A stretch of 31,697 bases of DNA, taken from the NCBI GenBank assembly GCA_964418055.1, contig CAYQKA010000003.1, positions 1 to 31,697 of the forward strand, in the 5' to 3' direction. The first letter of the stretch is position 1. Each line of letters begins with the position of its first letter. The notes under the pieces are model-generated. The model was not told the origin of the DNA. It did no database searches and saw nothing but the letters and a program-made list of their open reading frames with translations. The stretch is from an uncultured Planctomycetia bacterium (GTDB lineage Bacteria > Omnitrophota > Gorgyraeia > JAGLLT01). Below are positions 1 through 8,095 of the stretch, one piece after another. The translations under genes were made by a program, and so were the position numbers.

Positions 1-66
1 GGGCGGAATCGAACCGCCGACGCCGGGATTTTCAGTCCCGCGCTCTACCAACTGAGCTACCGCGGC
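1..66 (-). tRNA. tRNA-Phe(GAA), 3' end cut by window edge
   Basis: Reverse complement GCCGCGGTAGCTCAGTTGGTAGAGCG-CGGGA-CT-GAA-AA-TCCCG-GCGTC-GGCGG-TTCGATT-CCGCC gives D arm, anticodon arm and T arm. Confidence 0.95.
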
Positions 67-91
67 ATTACTACTTTTTTTTGAAAATAAA

Positions 92-169
92 TGGCGGGGA
101 CGACGGGATTCGAACCCGCGGTCACCGGATCGACAGTCCGGGGTCTTATCCTAGCTAGACGACATCCCC
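92..169 (-). tRNA. tRNA-Asp(GUC)
   Basis: Acceptor stem GGGGATG/CGTCCCC, anticodon arm CCGGA-CT-GTC-GA-TCCGG, T loop TTCGAAT, discriminator G73, encoded CCA. Confidence 0.95.
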
Positions 170-216
170 ATGTAAGATATTTAATATATTATTATAAACT
201 ATAAGTTATATCAAAA

Positions 217-292
217 TGGTGGGCAGTATAGGGCTCGAACCTATGACCTCGTGAATGTAAGTCACGCGCTCTTCCAGCTGAGCTAACCGCCC
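217..292 (-). tRNA. tRNA-Val(UAC)
   Basis: Acceptor stem GGGCGGT/ACTGCCC, anticodon arm CGTGA-CT-TAC-AT-TCACG, T loop TTCGAGC, encoded CCA. Confidence 0.95.
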
Positions 293-306
293 GTATATAA
301 AGCAAT

Positions 307-335
307 ATTTAAACATATAAATGATCCTATGTCAA
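307..335 (-). promoter_or_regulatory. Candidate sigma70 promoter for tRNA-Val-Asp-Phe
   Basis: Perfect TTGACA (335-330), 17-nt spacer, then a non-consensus -10 TTAAAT (312-307) about 15 nt upstream of tRNA-Val. Confidence 0.4.
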
Positions 336-338
336 ACG

Positions 339-2165
339 CTATTCCACCGTTACGCTTTTAGCAAGATTCCTAGGCTTATCAACATCGCACCCTTTCGCGA
401 CAGCCATATAATACGCTAATAGCTGCAAAGGTATAACAGCTAAGATTGAGCTTAAATCTTCACTAATATTGGGTATATGTATTACAAAATCAGAATACTT
501 CTTTATTATGCTATCTCTATCAGTAGCTATACTAATAATAATACCACATCTTGCCCTAAGTTCCTGGATATTTGAAAGCATTTTTTCGTAAGTTTCAGAC
601 TTTGGAACAAGGCATACTGTTGGAAGTTTTTCATCAACTAAAGCTATGGATCCATGCTTCATTTCACCTGCACTACAACCTTCAGCATGAATATATGATA
701 TTTCTTTTAATTTTAGAGCTCCTTCTAAAGCAGTTGGATAATTAATATTACGGCCTAGGTACAAAAAGCTATTGGCCTGTTTATATTTCTCAACACATTT
801 CTGAATATCTTTCTTGTTATTTAAAACTCTAGCAATAAGCTTTGGGAGTTTTTCAAGCTCTTTGACAAGTCTGTATTCTGTATTGCGACCAATAATACCT
901 TTTAGAAAAGCTAAATTAATGGCTAATAAATAGAAAATAGAAATCTGTGCTGTATAAGCCTTGGTTGATGCCACCCCAATTTCCGGACCAGCATGTGTAT
1001 AAATAACCCCATCAGATTCTCTAACCATAGAAGAACCAACGACGTTACAAATAGTAATTACTTTGAGCTTATTATGCCGAGCCAGTCTCAATGCAGCCAG
1101 AGTGTCTGCTGTTTCACCTGATTGACTTACGGTAATAACCAATTCATTTTTTACAGTTGGTGGGTTTCTGTAACGATACTCACTAGATAAATCAACTTCG
1201 ACTGGAATACGAGCATATTTCTCTATCAAATATTTTCCAATTAGACCAGCATGCCAAGCCGTACCGCAAGCAATTATTGTTATCTTCTTAATAAACTTAA
1301 AATTATTTTTATTAAGCTTCAATTCCTCAAAATATATTCTTCTTTTATCATCAACCCGTCTTTTAATTATGCGTGAAATTACATCAGGTTGCTCTTCTAT
1401 TTCCTTAAGCATGAAATGAGGATATCCGCCTTTTTCAGCTGCATCAATATTCCAAGTTACTTCTTCAATTTTACGATTAACTTTCTTACCTTTAATATTC
1501 TTTACTTGAACTTTTTTCTCACTTAAAACAGCAACTTCGTAATCATGAAGATACATAACTTTTCTAGTATACGTTAATACAGCAGGTACATCACTAGCTA
1601 CGAAATTTTCATCTTTTCCAATGCCAATAATTAAAGGGCTTCTGAATCTAGCAGCAATAATTTTATGTGGTTCATTTTTTGCAATTACAGCAATGGCATA
1701 TGAACCTTTTAATTTCCTTATAGAAGATAAAACTGCTTTTTCTAGATTACCTTTATAATACTTCTCGATAAGGTGAACAATAACTTCAGAATCTGTTTTC
1801 GTCCTAAATATATGCCCTTCGCTGATTAGTTTCTCTTTTAAATTAAGATAATTTTCTATAATCCCATTGTGCACAACAGCGATATTTTTAGTACAATCTG
1901 CATGAGGATGTGCATTGGTTTTGGAAGGTTCACCGTGAGTAGCCCAGCGTGTGTGACCAATACCTACAGTTCCAGAATAATGACTACGATTTATAAAGTT
2001 ATCCAGAAACTCTAGCTTGCCTTTGCTTTTAGCAATTGTTAAATTGCCTTTGTCTAATAAAGCAATGCCTGCTGAATCATATCCCCTATACTCAAGACGT
2101 CTTAAACCATCTATGAGTATAGGTACAACTTCTTTCTTTCCTACATAACCTACTATTCCGCACAT
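339..2165 (-). CDS. glmS: Glutamine-fructose-6-phosphate transaminase
   Basis: N-terminal MCGIVG (catalytic Cys), GHTRWATHG, SQSGETADT, C-terminal PRNLAKSVTVE; 608 aa. Confidence 0.98.
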   Translation of the reverse strand: MCGIVGYVGKKEVVPILIDGLRRLEYRGYDSAGIALLDKGNLTIAKSKGKLEFLDNFINRSHYSGTVGIGHTRWATHGEPSKTNAHPHADCTKNIAVVHNGIIENYLNLKEKLISEGHIFRTKTDSEVIVHLIEKYYKGNLEKAVLSSIRKLKGSYAIAVIAKNEPHKIIAARFRSPLIIGIGKDENFVASDVPAVLTYTRKVMYLHDYEVAVLSEKKVQVKNIKGKKVNRKIEEVTWNIDAAEKGGYPHFMLKEIEEQPDVISRIIKRRVDDKRRIYFEELKLNKNNFKFIKKITIIACGTAWHAGLIGKYLIEKYARIPVEVDLSSEYRYRNPPTVKNELVITVSQSGETADTLAALRLARHNKLKVITICNVVGSSMVRESDGVIYTHAGPEIGVASTKAYTAQISIFYLLAINLAFLKGIIGRNTEYRLVKELEKLPKLIARVLNNKKDIQKCVEKYKQANSFLYLGRNINYPTALEGALKLKEISYIHAEGCSAGEMKHGSIALVDEKLPTVCLVPKSETYEKMLSNIQELRARCGIIISIATDRDSIIKKYSDFVIHIPNISEDLSSILAVIPLQLLAYYMAVAKGCDVDKPRNLAKSVTVE

Positions 2166-2181
2166 AAGGATATAAACAATT

Positions 2182-2258
2182 TGGCGTCCCCAAGGGGATT
2201 TGAACCCCTGCTGTCGGATCGAAAATCCGATGTCCTGACCTAGCTAGACGATGGGGAC
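2182..2258 (-). tRNA. tRNA-Glu(UUC)
   Basis: Acceptor stem GTCCCCA/TGGGGAC, anticodon arm TCGGA-TT-TTC-GA-TCCGA, T loop TTCAAAT, encoded CCA. Confidence 0.95.
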
Positions 2259-2277
2259 AGCCAGTTAATTTTTAAAT

Positions 2278-2353
2278 TGGTGAGCCGCTCAGGACTTGAA
2301 CCTGACACACCCGCCTTAAAAGGGCGGTGCTCTACCGGATGAGCTAGCGGCCC
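2278..2353 (-). tRNA. tRNA-Lys(UUU)
   Basis: Acceptor stem GGGCCGC/GCGGCTC, anticodon arm CCGCC-CT-TTT-AA-GGCGG, T loop TTCAAGT, encoded CCA. Confidence 0.95.
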
Positions 2354-2354
2354 G

Positions 2355-2912
2355 CTAAATTTCTCTAATTTCGACTTGCTTCTTATCGAGCAAATCATCA
2401 ATTTCTTTAATATATTTATCGGTAAGTTTCTGAATATTATCATGAAAATCGAATTCTTTATCCTCGGAAATTTCACCCAAGTTCTTTGATTTTTTTATTT
2501 TTTCATTAGCATCGCGCCTAACAGCACGAATAGCAACTTTACCTTCTTCAGCCATATTTTTGATAACTTTGATTAAATTTTCTCTTCGTTCTTGCGTTAA
2601 TTGAGGAACATTTATTCTAATTACTTTACCATCATTATTAGGGGTAAGACCAATGTCTGACTTAAATATTGCTTTTTCTGTAGCTTCCATTGAAGCAGGA
2701 TCCCAAGGTTGAATTATTATAAGTCGCGCTTCAGGTATAGAAATATTTGCTAATTGCTTTAGGGGGGTTTGAGTTCCATAGTACTCTACCTTTAAATTTT
2801 CAACTAATGATTTAGAAGCTCTGCCCGTATGAACCGACGCAAATTCTACGTGGGCCACTTCAACACTCTTCTTCATTTTTGATTCTGTATCCCTTATTAT
2901 CTCATCCGCCAT
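2355..2912 (-). CDS. frr: Ribosome recycling factor
   Basis: TGRAS, VEYYGTQTPL, GLTPNNDGKVIRI and PQLTQERR motifs; SD AGGAG 8 nt upstream; rpsB-tsf-pyrH-frr synteny. Confidence 0.97.
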   Translation of the reverse strand: MADEIIRDTESKMKKSVEVAHVEFASVHTGRASKSLVENLKVEYYGTQTPLKQLANISIPEARLIIIQPWDPASMEATEKAIFKSDIGLTPNNDGKVIRINVPQLTQERRENLIKVIKNMAEEGKVAIRAVRRDANEKIKKSKNLGEISEDKEFDFHDNIQKLTDKYIKEIDDLLDKKQVEIREI

Positions 2913-2922
2913 AACGCAACTC

Positions 2923-3648
2923 CTACTTAATAACCGTACCTATTTTACTACCAGTTATAACTCGTTTAATATTACCTTTTTTTAATAGATCAAAGACTAT
3001 AATTGGTAACTTATTATCCATGCACAAACTAACAGCAGTTAAATCCATAACCTTAAGCTCTTGCTCAAAAAACTTCATATAAGTTAAAGATTTGATTTTT
3101 TTTGCTTTTTTATTCTTCAAGGGATCGCAAGTATAAACGCCATCAACCTTTGTAGCCTTTAATATTACATCGGCCCCAATTTCAATAGCCCGTAAAGCTG
3201 CTGCTGTATCAGTCGTAAAATATGGATTACCTGTTCCAGCCACAAAAATAATGACTCTATTTTTTTCAAGATGTCGTATGGCTCTTCTTCTAATATAAGG
3301 CTCAGCGAGTTCATTCATCTCAATAGCCGTTAATACCCTAGTTGCAACTCCAATTTTCTCTAAACTATCCTGAAGAGCCAAACCATTTATAACAGTTGCT
3401 AACATTCCCATATAGTCAGCTGTCGATCTATCTATGCCTTTTTTCTTTGAATTGGGAATACCTCGAAATATATTTCCAGCACCTATAACAACAGCTATAT
3501 CAACACCAAGATTATTCACTTCTTTAATCTGCATTGCAATTGACTTTATACTATGCGGATCTATTCCATAGCCCCTAGAACCCTGCAGCGACTCACCACT
3601 GAGCTTTAAAAGAACTCTATTAAAAATAGCATTACCATTTTTAGCCAT
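2923..3648 (-). CDS. pyrH: UMP kinase
   Basis: [45 protein letters not shown] place the start at ATG 3648, overlapping the tsf stop; the track uses GTG 3669. Confidence 0.97.
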   Translation of the reverse strand: MAKNGNAIFNRVLLKLSGESLQGSRGYGIDPHSIKSIAMQIKEVNNLGVDIAVVIGAGNIFRGIPNSKKKGIDRSTADYMGMLATVINGLALQDSLEKIGVATRVLTAIEMNELAEPYIRRRAIRHLEKNRVIIFVAGTGNPYFTTDTAAALRAIEIGADVILKATKVDGVYTCDPLKNKKAKKIKSLTYMKFFEQELKVMDLTAVSLCMDNKLPIIVFDLLKKGNIKRVITGSKIGTVIK

Positions 3649-4240
3649 TGTTTTCAAATAGTTTTTCACCTAATGAAAATCTAACAAATCTTTTTATTAC
3701 AATATTTTCTCTTATTTTACCAACAATTTGATTCAGATAATCTTTTATCTTAATTTTATCATCTTTAATAAAGGGTTGTTCCAAAAGACATACTTCCTGT
3801 AAATATTTATCTACTTTACCATCCACAATTTTCTCTAAAACATTAGCTGGCTTATCTTTTATTTGGGATTTAATGATTTCTCTTTCTTTTTCAATAACCT
3901 CAGTTGGCACATCTTCCCCTTTTAGATAGAGGGGATTTGCGGCTGCTATCTGCATGGCAATATCTTTGGTGAATTGCTTAAAGTCATCACACTTCGCTAC
4001 AAAATCAGTCTCACAATTAACCTCAACTAAAACACCTATTTTAGCATTAGAATGCACATAACTTTCAACACGACCCTCTTCAGCAACTCTATCAGCTTTT
4101 TTACGCGCTGTCATAAGACCTTTTTTCCTTAAGACTTCAACAGCCTTTTCAATATTTCCTTCAGCTTCACTCAGAGCACCTTTACACTCCATTATACCAG
4201 CACCAGTCATCTGGCGTAATTGTTTTATCTTTTCTGTCAT
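3641..4240 (-). CDS. tsf: Elongation factor Ts (short form)
   Basis: [26 protein letters not shown] and LLEQPFIKD motifs; 199 aa. Confidence 0.97.
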   Translation of the reverse strand: MTEKIKQLRQMTGAGIMECKGALSEAEGNIEKAVEVLRKKGLMTARKKADRVAEEGRVESYVHSNAKIGVLVEVNCETDFVAKCDDFKQFTKDIAMQIAAANPLYLKGEDVPTEVIEKEREIIKSQIKDKPANVLEKIVDGKVDKYLQEVCLLEQPFIKDDKIKIKDYLNQIVGKIRENIVIKRFVRFSLGEKLFENNG

Positions 4241-4242
4241 GA

Positions 4243-5118
4243 CTATTCCTTATTCTCTACTGCTGCTTCTTTTTTCTTCTTAGTTGTGTCTTTTTTAGGT
4301 TCGGCTTTCTTACTCTTTTTTTTGCCTTCTTCTTTTTTGGGATCTTTTTTATCTTCTTTTGTAGGTTTCTTCTGGGCTTCAGCTTCTTTTTTTTCTTCTT
4401 CTTCCTTTAGCTTGCGAACCTCTTCCTGCTCTAAATAGTCCTGCCTTCCCTCAATAATACCATCAGTCAAAATTGAAGTAACTAATTTAATAGACCGAAT
4501 AGCATCATCATTTCCAGGAATAGGGAAATCAATTCCGTCAGGATCGCAGTTAGTATCAATTAAAGCTACAACAGGTATGTTGAGCTTTCTAGCTTCTTTG
4601 ATAGCCAAACTTTCTCTCTTGGGATCAACAACAAAAATAGCCCCTGGCAATCTATCCATCTTTAAGATACCACATAGATTCTTTGTAAGTTTCTCAAGTT
4701 CTTTATTCAACGAAGCAATTTCTTTTTTAGTCAATTTATCAAAAACTCCACTTTCTTTCATATTTCTAATTTCATAAAGACGTTTTATACTTTTTTTGAT
4801 AGTTTCAAAGTTAGTTAGCATGCCTCCCAACCAACGATTATTGACAAAAAACATTCCGCAGCGCTGAGTTTCCTGATGCACTATATTCTGTGCCTGCTTC
4901 TTGGTACCTACGTATAAAACGTAGTTACCTGCCGAAGCTACATCTTTCAGGAAACTTTTAGCCTCATTTAAGAGGTCTGCAGTTAATTTTAGATTAATGA
5001 TGTAGATCCCGTTGCGTTCGCCGTATATAAACTTCGCCATTTTGGGGTTCCAGCGCTTAGTTTGATGCCCAAAATGTAAACCGGCTTCTAAAAATTGTTT
5101 TATTAGTTCTGTAGCCAC
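4243..5118 (-). CDS. rpsB: 30S ribosomal protein S2 with Lys/Glu-rich C-terminal tail
   Basis: [32 protein letters not shown] and PGNDDAIRS motifs; GTG start with SD AAGGAGG. Confidence 0.98.
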   Translation of the reverse strand: MATELIKQFLEAGLHFGHQTKRWNPKMAKFIYGERNGIYIINLKLTADLLNEAKSFLKDVASAGNYVLYVGTKKQAQNIVHQETQRCGMFFVNNRWLGGMLTNFETIKKSIKRLYEIRNMKESGVFDKLTKKEIASLNKELEKLTKNLCGILKMDRLPGAIFVVDPKRESLAIKEARKLNIPVVALIDTNCDPDGIDFPIPGNDDAIRSIKLVTSILTDGIIEGRQDYLEQEEVRKLKEEEEKKEAEAQKKPTKEDKKDPKKEEGKKKSKKAEPKKDTTKKKKEAAVENKE

Positions 5119-5176
5119 TACACGTCTTCCTCCTTACTTTTTATGTTTCTAAATTCATAAAATACAATAAGAAATA

Positions 5177-5204
5177 ATTATAACATACTCAGAATGCAAT
5201 GCAA
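5177..5204 (-). promoter_or_regulatory. Sigma70 promoter for the rpsB operon
   Basis: TTGCAT (5204-5199), 16-nt spacer, extended -10 TGtTATAAT (TATAAT at 5182-5177). Confidence 0.6.
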
Positions 5205-5212
5205 GCTTTTTT

Positions 5213-7051
5213 TCAATTATCAATAAATTGTAAATCATAAAGCTTCTTATAATGTCTTGCATTCTTCATAAGTTCTTCATGAGTACCAACTTCTGCTATT
5301 TTACCTTTATCTAGAACCACTATTTTATTAGCATGTTTAATAGTAGACAGCCTATGAGCAATAATAAACACAGTTCTACCTTCAATTAAGTGATCAAGAG
5401 CCTCCTGTACCAACTTTTCACTCTCACTATCCAGCTGCGAGGTAGCTTCGTCCAAAATAAGTATAGGTGGATTTTTTAAAATCGCCCTCGCCATTGCTAG
5501 ACGTTGCTTTTCTCCACCAGATAGTTTCACGCCTCTATCTCCAATAATAGTTTCATATTTATTGGGCAGTTTATTAATAAAGGCATGTGCATTTGCCACT
5601 TTAGCTACTTTTTCAATATCTTGCATTTTGGCCTTTTGCTTACCATAACAAATATTGGCTTTGACCGTATCATTAAAAAGTATGGTTTCTTGAGTAACCA
5701 CAGCAATATTCTTCCTAAGTGAGGCTATATTTAAATCCTTAATATTATTGCCATCAATTTCAAGCGAACCTTTAATTACATCATAAAAACGAGGAATCAA
5801 ATTAACTAAAGTAGTTTTACCAACACCACTTTTACCAACAATTGCTACAACATCTCCTTTTTTAACTTTTAAGTTAATATCCTTTAATACATCATTATCG
5901 TGATATTTAAAATGAACATCAGAAAAAACAATTTCACTCTTAAATAAACTCAATTTTTTAGCCTGTGGAATATTCTGAATGCTCGGTTCAGATTCCAATA
6001 TCTCATATATTCTTGTTGAGGCAGCTAATGCCTGCTGATTAATGCCATGAACCTTACTCAATTTCTTAAAAGGAGCTATCATCTGCAATAGCAATCCTAC
6101 AAAAGCTGTAAAAGCTCCAGGATCAAGCTCTCCAGTAATCATTAGCTTACCGCCAAAATAAATAACTCCCACCCCAGCCAATATAGCAACATATTCAGAA
6201 ATTGGGCCAATAGAAACTAACCTTTTGGCAGATTTTAGCATTATTCTGTAAAAATCTTCATTTACCTTATTAAATCTTCTTCCTTCATACGCAGCCATAT
6301 CAAAAGCTTTAACAATCCGAATACCTGAGAATGTTTCATAAAGAATTGAATTCATGTCTGCCATTTTATTTTGAGCATCAGTACTTATTGATCTTAACTT
6401 CTTACCTATTTTGGTAATAGGATAAACTATTGCTGGCATAACAACCAACATCATAATTATCAATGTCCATGGAATCGCGAAAGCAATAATTAATATTACA
6501 GTTAAGGTTATCAAAACCATAAGTTCTATACAGGAATATATTAAATCTCTTAATCCCTCCGCAACTGCATTCTGCACAACACCCGCATCATATGTTATCT
6601 TAGAAACCAGTTGACCTGTTCTGTTCTCACTATAAAAATCAAACGATAAACTTAAAAGCTTTTCGTATAATGTGTTTTTAATGTCTTTAACTACTTTAAG
6701 ACTTAGTTTACTCAATAAATAACTATGCAATATAGTAAAAATTCCCTTAAATAAAAATGCAACTGCTATGCCAATAACCAACCACCCAAGGAGGCTTAAT
6801 CTATCAATTGAATTTACATAATCAGTCATCTGCCTTAAGCTATTATTTATAACTAGTGGTAAACGAATGCCTTCGGGAATATTAATTTTATTTCCAGCTA
6901 TAAGAATAGTAATAAAAGGAATAATGGCTCCTACTGAAGCGATTTTTTCTATTAATTGTGTTAACAACATAAAAAAAACGGAAATCGCAAAAAGAACACT
7001 ATGTGGCTTTATAAAATGAAGTAATTTACTATAATCTTTAAATTTTCTCAT
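5213..7051 (-). CDS. msbA: MsbA-like ABC exporter (probable lipid A flippase)
   Basis: N-terminal TM domain; Walker A GKSGVGKT, signature LSGGEKQR, Walker B ILILDEATS, H-loop IAHRLST; adjacent to lpxB. Confidence 0.85.
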   Translation of the reverse strand: MRKFKDYSKLLHFIKPHSVLFAISVFFMLLTQLIEKIASVGAIIPFITILIAGNKINIPEGIRLPLVINNSLRQMTDYVNSIDRLSLLGWLVIGIAVAFLFKGIFTILHSYLLSKLSLKVVKDIKNTLYEKLLSLSFDFYSENRTGQLVSKITYDAGVVQNAVAEGLRDLIYSCIELMVLITLTVILIIAFAIPWTLIIMMLVVMPAIVYPITKIGKKLRSISTDAQNKMADMNSILYETFSGIRIVKAFDMAAYEGRRFNKVNEDFYRIMLKSAKRLVSIGPISEYVAILAGVGVIYFGGKLMITGELDPGAFTAFVGLLLQMIAPFKKLSKVHGINQQALAASTRIYEILESEPSIQNIPQAKKLSLFKSEIVFSDVHFKYHDNDVLKDINLKVKKGDVVAIVGKSGVGKTTLVNLIPRFYDVIKGSLEIDGNNIKDLNIASLRKNIAVVTQETILFNDTVKANICYGKQKAKMQDIEKVAKVANAHAFINKLPNKYETIIGDRGVKLSGGEKQRLAMARAILKNPPILILDEATSQLDSESEKLVQEALDHLIEGRTVFIIAHRLSTIKHANKIVVLDKGKIAEVGTHEELMKNARHYKKLYDLQFIDN

Positions 7052-7129
7052 ATTTCATATATTATCACAAGGCGATTTTATTGTCGAGATAAATTTTATT
7101 ATGTAAGTCTTTGCAACCTAGTTATTTAC

Positions 7130-7158
7130 TTGCTCATATAGCTTTTAAATGTTATACT
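7130..7158 (+). promoter_or_regulatory. Sigma70 promoter for the gnnA-like/lpxB cassette
   Basis: TTGCTC (7130-7135), 17-nt spacer, TGt-TATACT (7153-7158); GGAG SD-like sequence before ATG 7180. Confidence 0.55.
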
Positions 7159-7179
7159 TTCGTAAATGGAGTAAATACA

Positions 7180-8094
7180 ATGAAAAAAATAAAAGTAGCT
7201 GTTATAGGAGTTGGGCATTTAGGTCAGTACCATGCCAAGGTGTACAAATCCCTTAAGAATGTTGAGTTAGTAGGCATTTCAGATATCAACAAAGAGCGAG
7301 CTGATGAAATCGCAAAAACCTATAAAACAAACGTCTATTATGATCATAAACAATTGTTGAGCAAAATTGATGCAGCCAGTATAGCCGTTCCAACAAAACA
7401 ACATTACAAAATAGCTAAAGTTCTAATCAAAGCCAAAATTCACGTTTTAATAGAAAAACCTATTGCCGAAAATCTTAAACAAGCCAATGAATTAGTTCGC
7501 TTAGCTAAAAAGCATCGCGTTTTATTACAAGTGGGCCATATCGAGCGATTTAATTCAGCCATCAGGGCTCTAAAAAAAATTATACAACGCCCTCAATTTA
7601 TAGAATGCCACCGATTAGGTGCATTCCAGCCCAGAGGTATTGATGTTGGTGTAGTCTTAGATCTAATGATTCATGACATTGATATCATACTTCATCTCGT
7701 AAAATCTAACATAAAAAAATGTGAAGCTGTGGGTGTAAAAGTACTTTCCAACCATGAAGATATCGCAAATGCGCGTCTTGTTTTCAAAAACGGAGCCGTC
7801 TGCAATATCACTGCCAGCCGTATATCTCAAGAAAGAGTTAGAAAAATTAGAATATTCCAAAAGGATACCTACATCTCACTTGATTACGTAAATCAAGAAG
7901 CCACAATCTACCAAAAAAATAAAAAAATAATTTCTAAAAAAAATATTAATATTGAAAAACAGGACCCTTTAAATGAAGAATTAAAATCATTTATAGCCTG
8001 CGTACAATCAAACAAAAGACCCCTGGTATCCGGTGAAGAAGCAACTATTGCTCTTAAGGTAGCGTTGGATATTGTAAAAAAAATTCACAAATAA
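7180..8094 (+). CDS. Gfo/Idh/MocA NAD-dependent oxidoreductase, GnnA-like (candidate UDP-GlcNAc 3-dehydrogenase)
   Basis: Rossmann VAVIGVGHLG, EKP, GHIERFN and DLMIHDID motifs. Start at ATG 7180 (MKKIKV); the track's TTG extension runs through the promoter. The GnnA call rests on the position directly before lpxB. Confidence 0.8.
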   Translation: MKKIKVAVIGVGHLGQYHAKVYKSLKNVELVGISDINKERADEIAKTYKTNVYYDHKQLLSKIDAASIAVPTKQHYKIAKVLIKAKIHVLIEKPIAENLKQANELVRLAKKHRVLLQVGHIERFNSAIRALKKIIQRPQFIECHRLGAFQPRGIDVGVVLDLMIHDIDIILHLVKSNIKKCEAVGVKVLSNHEDIANARLVFKNGAVCNITASRISQERVRKIRIFQKDTYISLDYVNQEATIYQKNKKIISKKNINIEKQDPLNEELKSFIACVQSNKRPLVSGEEATIALKVALDIVKKIHK

Positions 8095-8095
8095 C

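Noticed and set aside
327-341. TAGCGTTTG(A)CATA shared with 22731-22743, both upstream of tRNA genes
   Set aside because: Only two instances, at different distances from the tRNA, and one includes a stop codon and a -35 hexamer; not enough to call a motif.
645-665. GlmS KHGS in place of the usual KHGP
   Set aside because: The His and all other catalytic motifs are intact; a single substitution with no evident consequence.
2166-2181. glmS ribozyme
   Set aside because: Only 16 nt separate tRNA-Glu from the glmS start; there is no room for it.
2240-2476. 78-aa minus-strand ORF in the track
   Set aside because: It runs across tRNA-Lys and tRNA-Glu and overlaps frr out of frame; spurious.
5119-5176. 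S2 autoregulatory leader upstream of rpsB
   Set aside because: The leader is short and AU-rich, with no stem I can support.
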